In this document: piece after piece, positions 12,412 through 25,100 of the stretch | How positions within the stretch are numbered: position 1 is the first letter of the stretch | Layout of the letters: every line of letters starts with the position of its first letter | Assembly: GCA_963920595.1 (NCBI GenBank) | Contig: OY986950.1 | Location: 4,092,001-4,156,000 of the forward strand | Reading direction: 5' to 3' | DNA: 64,000 nt | Source of the DNA: Eimeria praecox | Lineage: Eukaryota | Program-made: the position numbers and the translations under genes | Notes under the pieces: generated by a model | Database searches by the model: none | What the model was told of the DNA's origin: nothing | What the model saw: only the letters and a program-made list of their open reading frames with translations

Positions 12412-15400
12412 TGATGAGTAGAAAAGGATAATCGAGTCTGGAGGGGAGATAATTGTGCTTGGGTGTATGTGTGCGATGGGTTGAACCGTGGAGTTAAGCT
12501 GGGCTGACACCAACGGTTCTTGCCGCTACGTTTGAAGCTTTGTCCGTCCTCAGAAACAGCCAGCTGGACGAATATTGACTAGGTAGTCATTACTCCCAGG
12601 TAAGGAGGCTGTTGTTGCAAAAAATGCAGGTTTTCCCTGTCTTGCGGAACCCCGTTGTAGACAGCTGGACGGATGAGACACTGCGCTTGGCTGCGTTGGT
12701 GTGAGGCTACTCGTGAGCATTTCAAAGAGAACAAGCGTCCAATTTGGCCAAGTAGAAAACCTGTTTGAACTAAAATTTGCAGGAGAGAGCTAAGAAGAAC
12801 GAACCGAAGGCTGCAACCCGACGCAGCGGCTGCGGCTGCCGGTGGACCGATTCTCGCGAGCATGCAAGGGGAGCATTGCTCGGGTATTCTTTGTCTGATG
12901 AAGAAACTGCCTTTGAAATTAAAAGTATTTAAGTATTTATAAGAGGCATACTGCTTCAGCCGTCCTTGAATGGAGAATAAGGAAGTCAGATGCCTGTGAG
13001 CCACGTTCAAAAGAACATCTCGTCACGACCCACCGGAGGATCCGCCATCTTCTAGTGGCGACTTAGCATGATCTCCAGTAATTTCCCATACTTTTATTCA
13101 TTTTATTGCAGTTGTCCTTGAAACAGACCTGTGCTTTTGTATTGGATGCCGACTTCCTCTTGCAGCCTTCGGACGCCGACCGCACGCGTTTCCGCCGCTG
13201 CGATCGCTCGGCCGCCGCTCCTTTTTGTCTTGAGGCGAAATAAGCCAATGCTAAGCCTCCTAGCATTTTCAGTAAAGTAATTTTTCAACAAAAAGATGAG
13301 CTGCCGGTCAAAGCTACCTCCCTGCTCTGCGCTTTTTCCCTGCGAGGATGCAGCACGCTAAACAGCCAGGCCAGCGCTGCACCTGGTCTGGGACCCACTG
13401 CGCCCTTCAACGGCATCTGAAGTCTCGTAAGAAGCTTCTCATTCAAATCAGTATTCAAACCTCAATTGATCCAAAAAATAAGTACAAAAATAAGCGATGC
13501 TGCCCGCTTCTCTGACCTCAAGCGATCGCCCGCGCGATGGCGACGAAGGGGAAGGGTAATATAAAAAGGCCTCCACTCTTCAAATGAATCGAATGAATCC
13601 GTTCCGCAACCAGCCCAAAGCAAGTGAAATAGTATGACTGGGGCATTAGAACAAACGCTCATAGGTGGTTGAGACAAAAGAGGAAGGCAACCGTGAGTGC
13701 TGCACGCTACCAAGCGGTGCCAGTTCCCACATTCCGCAGAATCGCTTGACATAGATATACGCGTAAATATTTTATGCAAATGCATACGCATGTACTTGCA
13801 TGCGCATATGAAGGCATATCAAAATATTTGCATACTATGTGCCGAACTGTACATTGTTGCACGGTGTGAGCCTGACCAAGTACTTGCACGATGTGCTTCC
13901 AATGCTGAAAGTTAATTCCATTTCACTCCTTAAAGCAAGATAGATGGTCCATGGGGATTAATGCTGTGTAAGTATAGCTTCGAACGTTAGACTAACAGAT
14001 TCAGTGGTCACTGATATTGATTTTGCCTCACTGCAAGGGCTTAACTGAGTTCATATACACAATTTGAACGCAAACCTTCTTGTACGCATAATTTCCACTA
14101 TTCGTAACGGTGGCAATAGCTCAGTTATCTTTGCCGAACCCGCTGCCTTTAAACTCCACGGCCCATTGTTCTGCGGCCGGGAAGAACTCAGCGTGAAGAC
14201 CATCAACTGCAACAAATGAAATTCACTATTTGCCTAACGGGAAGACATGATGACAGTGCCATGCCTGCAACTGAGAGCTAGATGTTGGGAAACAAGAAGT
14301 CTGGGCAACCATTTAAATGGTGTGTACTGTGTGCATGGGATTTGCAATTGGGATGGCACTTATTCGTTGTTTGCCTCTTGGAGGTGCATGCCTTCTAACT
14401 GCATGTCTGAGAAAAAGCTTTTACATGAATAATCCAGCTGAAAGGGTTATACTGGAAAACCCAAAGTGAAGTGTTGCACGCATGAGCGAAGGAGCACAAG
14501 AACAGGAAATCTGGCCTGTGGCAGGTATTCAGTGCAGGCTCAAAAATATTTCTAAGTAAAGCGGCAGAACTAAAAGGAGCTTTCGAACTGTTGACTCTGC
14601 AGGGACGGGGTGCGGGGAGGCTATTTGTTTGATTGCTGCTGTACCATCAGCTGCAGCTCTTACAACATTACTTGTTTTGTTGTTGATGCACCTGCAGCTG
14701 CAGTTCGTACTCAGGCACCACCATATGCATGCATCTGCAAAAACGTTAAGGACACCTCCACAGAGGAAGACTACGGCCACGCTGAGGCAAGTCCGTGAGC
14801 AATTATGAGCAAAGCCGAGCACCCGGCGCTGCACAAACGCTATTTGCAGTCAGCGAGCCCTTCAATGAAGCCTCCACGGGACCTTAATATTGTTTTTTCT
14901 AGAGAGGTCTTCTGGATGAGGCCTTATTCAAAGCCTCAACAAATTTCGGAACGATTCCCCTTACTGGACACCCGCTATCGTGATAGGCTTGAATATCAAA
15001 CGGTTCGGTCTCAGAGTTGTAGCACTAGTATAAGCAAACACGGGTTATTCAGCAGCAGCTTGTTGCAATGGTTATTCCATGGCAATGGCAGCGCACGAAG
15101 GCAAAGGCACTGGCATGCAAGCCGCGCACACGATTTGTAGTGAACAGCTGGCCTACACTGTTACTACGTAGGATCCCTATGCTATTCTGGCTAAGTGCAC
15201 ACTTCAGATCTACTAACAGAAGTCCTCGATTCTCGCCAAACAACTACTGATTATCGGAAATAGCCTTAAAACCATGAGCTCGTATTATTGTTGGGTAAGA
15301 AAACCCAGAATAATAGAACTGACTGTTGACCCTCACAGTGGGTCAGTGCCAGAGTCACAGCATGGCCGGTGTAGGCTAGCGAGCACTCTGATCCTATTAG

Positions 15401-16133
15401 GTTTTCCTTTTCTCTAAAAGTGCCTTAAATCCTTAAATATTCTATCTGATTTAAGCCCTTTCGAGCCACCAGGCCCCGAGGACTCACATCGAAGGTCCAT
15501 TGTAGTGCCTGTGCACTACACGATTGGACGCCCCTGTGGGAAGACTAGGAACGCTACCACCCAACGAAAATTTGGAGAAAGCCAATAAAACTTTGAAATT
15601 CACTGATATTCCTGATGATTGCCTTTTTAAAGGATATATTTCTTGTGCTTTCACGTATTAGTGGCAGATCTTTCGAAGGGGTGAGGCACCCTCCCAGTGC
15701 CAGCTGCGTCGCCTGTGGATCGTGCAGATTTTAGGGCGATTGAAGGGGGAGTTTTCACTCCTTCAACCACTATATGCTTATCTAAAATTTCTTTTTACAC
15801 TAGCTTTCCAACAGTTCCCTCGTTCAGCCTGCTCGATATGCCGGCCATATATAACCTCGAGGCCACCTGTGTGCAGGTCACCTCACCGTCAACGACTCCA
15901 GTAACTCCGCAGCTTGAAAACAGCAGTCCCATAGACGACGAACCACATATTCTGCAAGCAACGCACAAAGTTTGTCTTTTCCTCGTTGGCATATTTGACT
16001 TGTAGCCCGTTTCTGGCAACTCGACCGGATCTAAACTGAGTTTGATCGGCAACACAACGCCTCAGCCACGAGTTCCCCCACATAGGACTCGCAAATTCCC
16101 GCAACCAGCTGCTGGCCAAGCTGCCTTTATGCG

Positions 16134-19100
16134 ATGGAGCAGCTAGAGTCTCGAGAGGGTGGAGCACAGGACAGCAGCGGCCAACAGGAGGAGGTGAAGG
16201 GGGCCGCAGCTGATCTTAACAGGGCACACAGCGCACACACTGATGAACAGGAGAGATATCGCATTGATGCTGGACCAGGAGCCACTCGAAAAAATGGCTT
16301 GCGCGGTTTTGTCAGCAGAAAACGAAGGGCAAAGGGAGAACAGCGAGCGCAGGAAGTGGAAAGAATGGATTTCTCGCACCAGCGGGACCGAATCGTCCGG
16401 GTGGTCCCTCCCGCGGATATTCAGCCTGCAATTGCCCCAGAGAAGAAGACCACAAACACTGGAAATGAGGCTCTTGATGGCAAAGCTGAAGTCGAGAAAG
16501 GAGCTGATGAAGCAGCAACCCCCCCTGCAGCTCAAGACCTTTGTGTGCGAATCCCTTTCTCATGCCGCCGCGTCCCCGTCTACACAGAACAGCCGCGCTC
16601 AAGTGCCACAAGAAGTGCAGGGCCTAGGAGCTCTGGGGGGTTCCTGCCTCTGATACAGCGGCTGCTCTGTTGCTGCAGCACCTCCGCTTCTGAAGGGGAG
16701 CCACACAAGCAAGTGGTACACAGTTACATTTGCAGCCACATATTGCAGGAGGCTGCCTGGCGTATTCAGGAGGCGACGGCACTTACTTTTGATCCCTTCG
16801 CGGAAGAGACCAACCAGAAGCCGTCTTACTTGCTGCCCCTCTCTTCTGTTGGCTCAGCGAACAGCAGCAAATCCTTATCCTTCTCCGTCAGAGATCCTGA
16901 AGCTGCCAAGGCGGCATTGCTTCAGAACCCCAAAGTAGCTCTTCTGCTTGACTACTATGAACGGTTGCTAGTCGCCGAGGTGCTGCAGCTGGTATCTCGT
17001 GGCGGCCGCAGCTGTTCTCCGCTTGCTTCTGCCGATTCCTCCGATGATCTGTCGGGGTTGAAGGCCTCCTCGCGCTCTTCTTTCTCTCTCCTCTCAACAC
17101 CTCTGTTCAGCTGCCTCCCTATCGCCCCATGGCACCTGTGGTGGCCAAAAGAATCGCTGGCTGCGGAGAACCACTGCGCCTTTCGGGTATCTGTACAGCT
17201 GCTGCACGTCTCGTTGTCGGAATGTCACTTGTTTCGTGAGGAAGACCTTGTGGCTCAGAAACTGCTAAGTGCGTACGAGGTCTATGCTTACCTCGCTCGC
17301 TGCTCCAGTGGCGAGCAACTGACAGCCAAACTCCGCAGCTGTCTGCAGTACAGCAAGGAAATACGGAAAAGTTGCGGCCTCCCCCCGAGACTGAACCCTT
17401 TGCTGCAGGCCGCTGCTGCTGCCGTTGCGGTGTACAGACGGGACCAACCGCCACAAATGCAGCAGGCTCTGCTGCTACAGAGGCTGCAGCAGATGCAGCA
17501 GCTCCCCCACCAGGTGCAGCAGCTCGCCGGATGGCTGGCCAGCTTGAAGGCGGATTATCCGCAGGTGCGTCCTTGCAGCACCAGCAGCACGAGGATCAGC
17601 AAGTGCAGCGAGAGCAGCAGCAGAGCATTCATCTTCATGGTGTGAACTAGTCTGGCATTTGCTTCCTTGCGGGTCTGTGGCCGGGGGGGCGGCTCTGCTT
17701 GCTAGAGTTTTTCTGTCTTTCTGTCCCCTTCATTGGCAGAAGGAAGAAGAGTGGAGATAAAGGCTTTCTCAATCTCAGTTCAAGGAGAAGAAAACAACAG
17801 CATATGTGCGCCTCGTTTTGCTGCGCTTCAGCTATGGAAGCAGTGGCTTGGCCATATGCAGCAAAGACGACTGCTGCGGCTACAGCGCGATCAGCAGCGG
17901 CAGCAGTTTGCTGCTGCTGGCCAGGCGATCGAGAAGCTGTGGCAGCACCTGCAGCACCAGAGGGACATACAGCACTTCGACTGCACTGGCCTGCAGCTGG
18001 AGCTGCTACTCCTCGCGTAAGAAAACAAAAGAGCATTATCGCTGGTTTCATGAGTCCTTGCCTTTTGTTGCAGCTTCGCAAAGACGGCTTCATGCAACCC
18101 TAGCAAAGCAGGTGGCTGAGTGCCCCCTCCAAGGCAGCACTAAGAGTAACCCTGCAGCGAAACCCATTGCTGCTGCTGCTACTATTGCTATTGGTGCCCT
18201 GCGCACGCAGCAAGGAAGAGGAAACGGAGCGCGAGCAGTTGGGGGAGGAGATAGCAGCAGAAATAGAGGAGCTGCTGACGTATGCCGTTGATACAACGCC
18301 TCCGCAGCAGCCTCCCTCCTTTGACATTTTGGCTGTATGCACAGCAATTCTGAGCAAGCTCTTCGCCTCCTCCGTGCCCCTTCCTGGAACCCCTGTTCGT
18401 CTGCTGCTCCTTTCGTCTAAAGTAAGTAAATAGTTAGGCATACAAGAACGCAATCACGCAGACAAATATACGGCCGGCAGCAAGAGAGCGTGGAGGAGAT
18501 TTCAACGCTCGCAGCACTTCATAAACCCTAAACGACCGAAATCAGCCGAAGAATCTCCTCTCCTGTTCCTTCGCCCCATTCCACACATCAAAACCCATAG
18601 GCAGGTTCAGCATTCCGTCTCTTCATTATGCTGGTTTCTTTATAACGGGCACAAACTGTGTAATGCGCTAGCTCCCAGAATCGAAGAGAGAAATTCCCAC
18701 ATAGAAGGGTTATGCTCTGCTTGCGCACAGGAGCAGCCCCAGATGGCAGAGGGCATGCGACCCCCTGCGTCCTCCCCAGCAGCGGCAGTAGGAGAAGCAG
18801 CTGCTTCAGGAGCAGAACCAGCAGCAGCAGCAGGAGGAGGACGAAGCAACGATGCGTCTCTGCCTCTACAGGAGCAGCTGCGTCGTTGTCTGTGCCGAAG
18901 TTTGTCTGCAGTTGTGGGCTGTCGTGTCAATGAGCAGTCTGCTGGTGGCCAGAAACACTTGGCGCTACACTTCCCCTTCTTTTCTACGGCTGCTGCCTTT
19001 CCGATTGCCTCCCCGATACCTCCAGAGAACCTTCCGCAGCAGCATCGGCAGCAGCTGCAGCAGCAGCAGCAGCAAACGCACAATGTTCTCGCCTCCTTCC

Positions 19101-22100
19101 ATACCACCCTTAATGAACCGCTGGACTCTGTTTCTCTTCATGTTGGTATCAGTCATCCCGGTGCGCTGCAAGAATACCAACAGCACCTGTAGCCTTCTTC
19201 TTCCTTTCCGTCTTCTTCGTCTTCTACCTTTTCGTCTCTTTCCTTCTATACTGTTTTTAGTGCTCATTTCAGCGACGCATGCATGCATACATGCATGCAT
19301 GCATGCACCAGTGTATGTTCTCAGGTCTTCCCAAGCCTATTGAGGCTCTGGTAGCTGTTCCCTTGCCCCCACAGTTGTCTGCCATGCGCGAAGAACTCGT
19401 CCGCAGCAACTCGATGGCAGGAGAGCCTTCAACTGCCTACCACCCCTCTCCTGTTTCGTTCTGTGTGGACCTACCCTTCAGCTCTTTCAGGAGCAACAAG
19501 CAGCAGGAGCAGCAACAGCGGCACGAACCGCAGCAGACAGCACAAGCAGAAGCAGAAACCGCCATGGCCTTCTTCCAGCAAAGCGTTTCTATGAACTCCT
19601 TTCAGGAGCCGCAAGCGCCCTCGGTTGTACCGTTGCCATCGTTTCTGTCTGCGGAGGCGGCTGCCGCAAGAGACAAGCTGCTGAAGCAACAGCTGCAGCA
19701 GCAACTGCTGCTCTCTACTCCCGCTTGGGGAGACCCCGTAGAAGCAGATGCTGTAGATTTATACCTTGAAAGGGCGAGAGCCGCCGCAGCTCAGGTGGTT
19801 GCAGCCGCGCACCGCCGTTCTGTTGCTGCTGCTCTTGCTGCTACCGTCCGTGCTGCCTCTGCTGCTGGCGTTGCAGAGGCAGCAGTTGCTGCAGCTGAAG
19901 CGCGTGCAGCAGCAGCAGCTGATGAAACACCAACCGATGCAACTGATATTGCGGCAGCAACAACTCGAAAGACCCCGTTCTCTGCTGCAGCTACACGACT
20001 GCGCGCAGCCTTATCCCGCGCTCCGCATGCTGGCAATCGAGACCTGCATGCACCTGCTACAGCAGATAGAGCAGCAGCAGACGGCACATCTACTAGCAGT
20101 GTTATTGACGCCGCTTCTGCAGCTGCAGGGGATGTTGTTGCTGGGGAAGTGGTTGAGGCAGCAGCAGCAGCAGGGCAGCCATCTTATTGTTCTGAGGTGC
20201 AACACTCTGCCTGCCGTCCAGACGAAGGCTCAGGAGGCCAGCAAGAGGGGCCTGTGTCTTCTGTATCATTACCTTTAGAACTGGCGGGCCTTAAGGTAGA
20301 TGTGACGGAAGAAGGACAGGAAGGTGTTGCAAGTGCAGCTGAACAGGCCTCCACGGCTTCTGTCCTTCCATTTGAGTGGGGCTTTAGCACTCTCACGCCC
20401 CAATATGCCTGCATCCGTGTTTGCATGCATGCTTGCATTGGCGACCTGCTTACTCTTAAAGCAATTACAGAAGCTGTTGCTGTCACGCGTTTGCCCTTAC
20501 TACGTACTAGAGGTTCTATTTCCATGCACTCAACAGATTTGACGATTTCCGTGTTTCAGCGTTTCAGTGTTTTTTCTTGTCAGCTAACATCTGGCGCTGT
20601 TGTTTGTTACTGCAGGAGTTGCTGGAGGCTTTCGGGCTGCATAAAAGTTTGCCTTGTCGTTGAGCCTCTGTATGGGGAACGCCCACCTTTCTCAGGCCCC
20701 AAATCAGCAGGTAGGAAGCCAGCCACTAAGCCTGCAAGGCGTATGAACATTCCTTCCTGAGAGGTTAACACCCAACCCTAATTCACCCCTTCTTGCTGCC
20801 ACTTATTGAGACTCTGAGAGCAGTAAACGCCCAGGCCAAAGAGCTAAGAACCCATTAGACATAGGAAAAGGATTCAAAAAACCAGCTGCATGCATGAATG
20901 CATGCATACATGGGTCATGCATTCAAAGCCAAACCGCAGAATGGCTGCAGTAAAAAACATTTCGGAGATTCCCTTTGCAGTATTCCTTCATGCTGCATTT
21001 TACTGTATTATAAGTTGTGCTGTATTTCAGTCCACTGTATTGCGTATACTGTGTTTCTATGTGTGTTGCATTGCATTTTGTTGTATTCTTCTGTATTGTA
21101 TTGTGATTGGCTGTACTGCGGTGTATGCTGTGCACTGTATTGTGTGGTATGGCAAGTGCTGATGTTGTGCTGCATTGTGTTGTGTTCTGTCTTCCTCCCT
21201 TGTATAGTATTGCCTACATTGCTTGCGATTTGGTCAATGGTATTGCATTAAGCTTTGCTGTATTAGTGTTGCTTTATGTCGCTCTACGTGCTTGTGCTAA
21301 TGTTGCTTTTGCATTGTGCTGCGCTACGCTGGTATTGTACTGTATTACGCTGTGGTTCTCTGTTTCGGCTTGTTGTATTGCGGCGTCTTGTATTTTGTCG
21401 TCCGCAGCATATTGCATAAAGGCGTGCTGTATTCCATTGTGAAGTATCTTATCTTTTCCTTCCTGTGCTAATATTTATTTAGATGTCATACGCTGCACTG
21501 TTTAATGCTGCACTGTGTGCGTATGCGCTGTGCCATGACACGTATTACTGCATTGTGACAGACTCTCTTGCTGCGATTTATAACGTCTATTGCAGTATAT
21601 TGCACGGTGCTGTCTTTTGTTTCATATCAATTCTTTAAGTTCATTTTATTTTATGGGGTTTTGCTGTTGTTTATGGTTTTGCAATTACGTTGTGGTTGCA
21701 TTCCGTTACGCTCCATTGCACTTCATTGTTTTGCCCATGTTCTGCTGTTGCAGCGTATTATGTTTTGTTGTATTGCACTGACGTTACTGCTGCATCCTGA
21801 TGCGTTGCTTTGCATTATGCTCCTTTGCCTCGTCTTTTATTCTTTTACGCTGTGATATGTTGTGCTGTAGTGGGTGGATTGCAATTGTGTTGCTTTGCGG
21901 TGTGCCGATTGCAGTAGCCCCCTCCACGTTTGCAGGTTTATTGTGTGGCGCATTCTTGTGGGTCGCCTTGCTCTGCAATGTTGTTGTATTGTGTTGTATG
22001 TGTATTGTGTTGTGTGGTATTGCTACTGTGTTCTGCTGCATTTTGCTGACATAGAAAACTTTTTATTAGTTGCGTTGTCTCTGCGATGCAGGCAAAGAAT

Positions 22101-25100
22101 GGATGGGAATACAACGGGCAAAAGTTGAAAGCAGATTGCAGCAGCCCGTCCATGAGGTGTATATACACCGCCGGCTACCCTCTCCTGAGGAGGCTTTGCT
22201 GCAGCCGCAATGCAGTTCTTCTGTAGGGCTCCATTTCCAAGGGGCCTCGACTGAGGAAGTGGGGAGCCCTCCTCCTGCTCTTGCAGCTCTGGCGCACGTG
22301 GCATTGGCCAGCGTGCAGCTGTATCCCCATTCGCAGATCCTCAACTCCTTCAGAATCTGTCTCCTGCTGCAGCAGCTGTATGCAAAGACGCCACAGCAAC
22401 CGATAGCTGCTACCGATTGGGAGGCCCTTCTGTATACTGTTGCCAGCAGCAGCACCTCCCAGGACGCGGCAGAAAACACCTCAGAGCAACAAAGTCATAA
22501 ACAAATAGCTCAAGCATTGAGCCCGGGGAAACACCTTCAGCCATCGGTGGGCTGCTGTATACACCCTCTACATGCAAGAGCTGCATGAACCTGCTGCATC
22601 CAGAAATTGCACCAAAATGCTGCATGCACAAGTTACATGAATCTGCTTCATGCACAAACTGGATGCACAAGTGCATGCATTCGCCTGCGTTTGCACTCTC
22701 GAATGATAGGAAATGGTGCATGCATGGGGCTTTATAATGCATTTAAGGGCGTGTCGCCTTGAGCCTGATGTGCCTCCCTGCTGCAGCGGGGTTACTACGA
22801 GAGGCGACTCCGCCATTACTTGTTGAACAACGAAGAGACAGCAGCTGCAGCTGCACGTCTGCTGCTTCCTTGGCCTGAGGAGGATGCAGCTGCAGCATTG
22901 AGAGGGGCTCTAGGGGAGCCCCAGTGTGGCGGACGCCTCGGAGGGAATCAAGCAGCAAACGGAAGCATGGGGACTCCAGCAGCAGTCTCCCAGGAGCAGC
23001 AGCAGCAATATCAGCAGCAACAGCAAGAGCAGCTGCAGCAAGAGCAGCAGCAGGAGCAGCTCCTGCTTGACGCGCCGGGGTCAGAGCGACCTCTGCTCCG
23101 CCAGCGTGCCTTCACCCCCTACAACGCTGTGGTTTGGGAGCCCCCTTCGGGTTTCTTATATTTGCTTCAGCGGCAACGAATGCATTTGTTTTGCTTCAAT
23201 GGATGCCGATATAGGATGCAGGTGCTCCTCCCGCTGGCGCTGCAGCGGCGTCTGCAGCGAAAACAAAATCAGCTGCGTGCAACGCGAAGATCCTACCTCT
23301 GGGATCGCGACGCCCAGCATCCCCACACCACAACGAGAAAAAAAGCACCCAATAATAATACCCAAGTTCGAGCCTTTGTAGGCATCCAATCCCCAACCCT
23401 AAAACCTAAACAAGAATAGCTAGACTCGCACTACTAAATAGAGCGTAGTGCTGTTCCTGTTGCTGTTGTTGCTGCTGGTGAGGGTGCAACTGCTGCTGTT
23501 GGTGGTTCTGCTTCTGTTGTTGCTGGTGCTGCTGCTGTTTCTGGCATTGCTGCTGCTGTTGATGCTTTAGCTGGCAAGCTCTAGAGCTCCTTCTGCCAGC
23601 GACAGCGCCACACCATTGGGGAGGGCCACTCCCTGGGATTTGGGGTTTAGGGTTTAGGGATGGATGTTTAAGGATTAGGTTTTGTGCAGGTGCGGGGCTT
23701 GTTCAATGTACCGCTGCGGCGGCTGCCAGCGGGGCCTGAGGAGCTTCATGGGCGTTGTCGGCTGGGCAGCCAGGAAGGGTTTAGGGCTTGGGGTTTTGGG
23801 GGTTTCAAGGTGTACGAGACACCGCATCCCCAAACAGCCTTCTCCCCCACTGCAAACAAGCAAACCACCAGCAAAGGAGAAACTCCTTGCGAGCTGCTCC
23901 AACTCAGCCGGCCCTTCGTTCAAATTCAAGTGGTGCTACCCGACCTCCGCATACAGCTCACAGCCACCACCAAAGCTGTTCAGGGTGAAAACCCCCATAT
24001 CAACCAGGTCAAGTCCTAGACCCTAAGCGCCCTGCCCTAGAAGCTGAAGTACAACTGGCGCCCCTATATCGTAAATGCCTACCCTCAAATGCTGAGCTGA
24101 GGCTGCGCGTCTACAGCCTGTGTCGTAAGCCCTAAACTCTAAAACCTAAAACGTAAAGCCGGAGTTTAGGCTATTGTGGGAGTGCAGGCTCTGAATCTTA
24201 CATTGCCGGAGGCAGCTGCCGTAGAGGCGGGAGTTTTGCAGCGTCAGCGCGGGTGTGTGAGGATTTCTGTCTTTGATGAATTTCTGCAACAACCCAACAC
24301 CAGCAACCGCAATGAACCGTGGCTATTTGCTGCACCCTCCGAAAACACAAATCCTCGAGTGCTGCTTGGCTGTCTCGAGCTGCCATGGAGCTCTGTTGTC
24401 ACTTCTGCAACAGGTGCAGCAGCAAAACGCGTTGGATCTTCCGCTGCACTCCAACGCCATAAGGTCCACATGAACCCGCAGCAGCGGCAACAGCAGCAGC
24501 AGCAGCTGCTCAATGAAATGTTTGATGTTGCTGCTGATGGAACGTGCTGTATTGGCCTTTTAAACGGTTGCTTTCGAATGCAACAGCCCAAAGGGCTTCT
24601 TACGCATATCCACCTCTCCCGGCCCCAAAACCCCAACATGCCAACCGACTTGTTGCTGCAGCTGCAACAGCAGCAACAGCTGCAGCAGCAGGTGCTGCTA
24701 CAGCACTTTGCCGCTGTTCCTTTTGATTTGTTCGTGTCCCTTAAACTCGAAATACGGGGACCTGCTAAAGCCATCTGCTGCTGCCTCCCACGCATCCTGA
24801 TGCCTGAAGAGATATATCAGCAGCAGCAGGAGGACATGAAGAAGGGGGAGGAGGAGCAGCAGCAGCAACAGCAGCAAGCATTGCCAGAGCAGCAACAGTG
24901 TGAGCAGGGGCCTTATCTCTACCAGCAGCAGCAGGCACCGTTGCAGCAGCCGTCGTTGGAGCAGCAGCAATCGTGGCAGCAACAGGAACAGCAGCACCAA
25001 CAGCAGCAGCAAGTGCTGCAGCTGCAACCTGGAAAGGATTTGGGTGAAGACGAAAGCTTGATAGAGTGGGACAGGAGGTGGAGACACAAGGCAGGAAGAA

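Noticed and set aside
12500..16100. Additional genes or ncRNA between the lipase and CC2D2A
   Set aside because: Only short motif-less ORFs are present and there is no recognisable RNA structure. Most likely UTRs and divergent promoters.
17565..17831. Apparent frameshift in CC2D2A after exon 1
   Set aside because: A canonical phase-0 intron (CAG|GTGCGT ... cttcag|CTATGG) restores the frame, so no frameshift is required.
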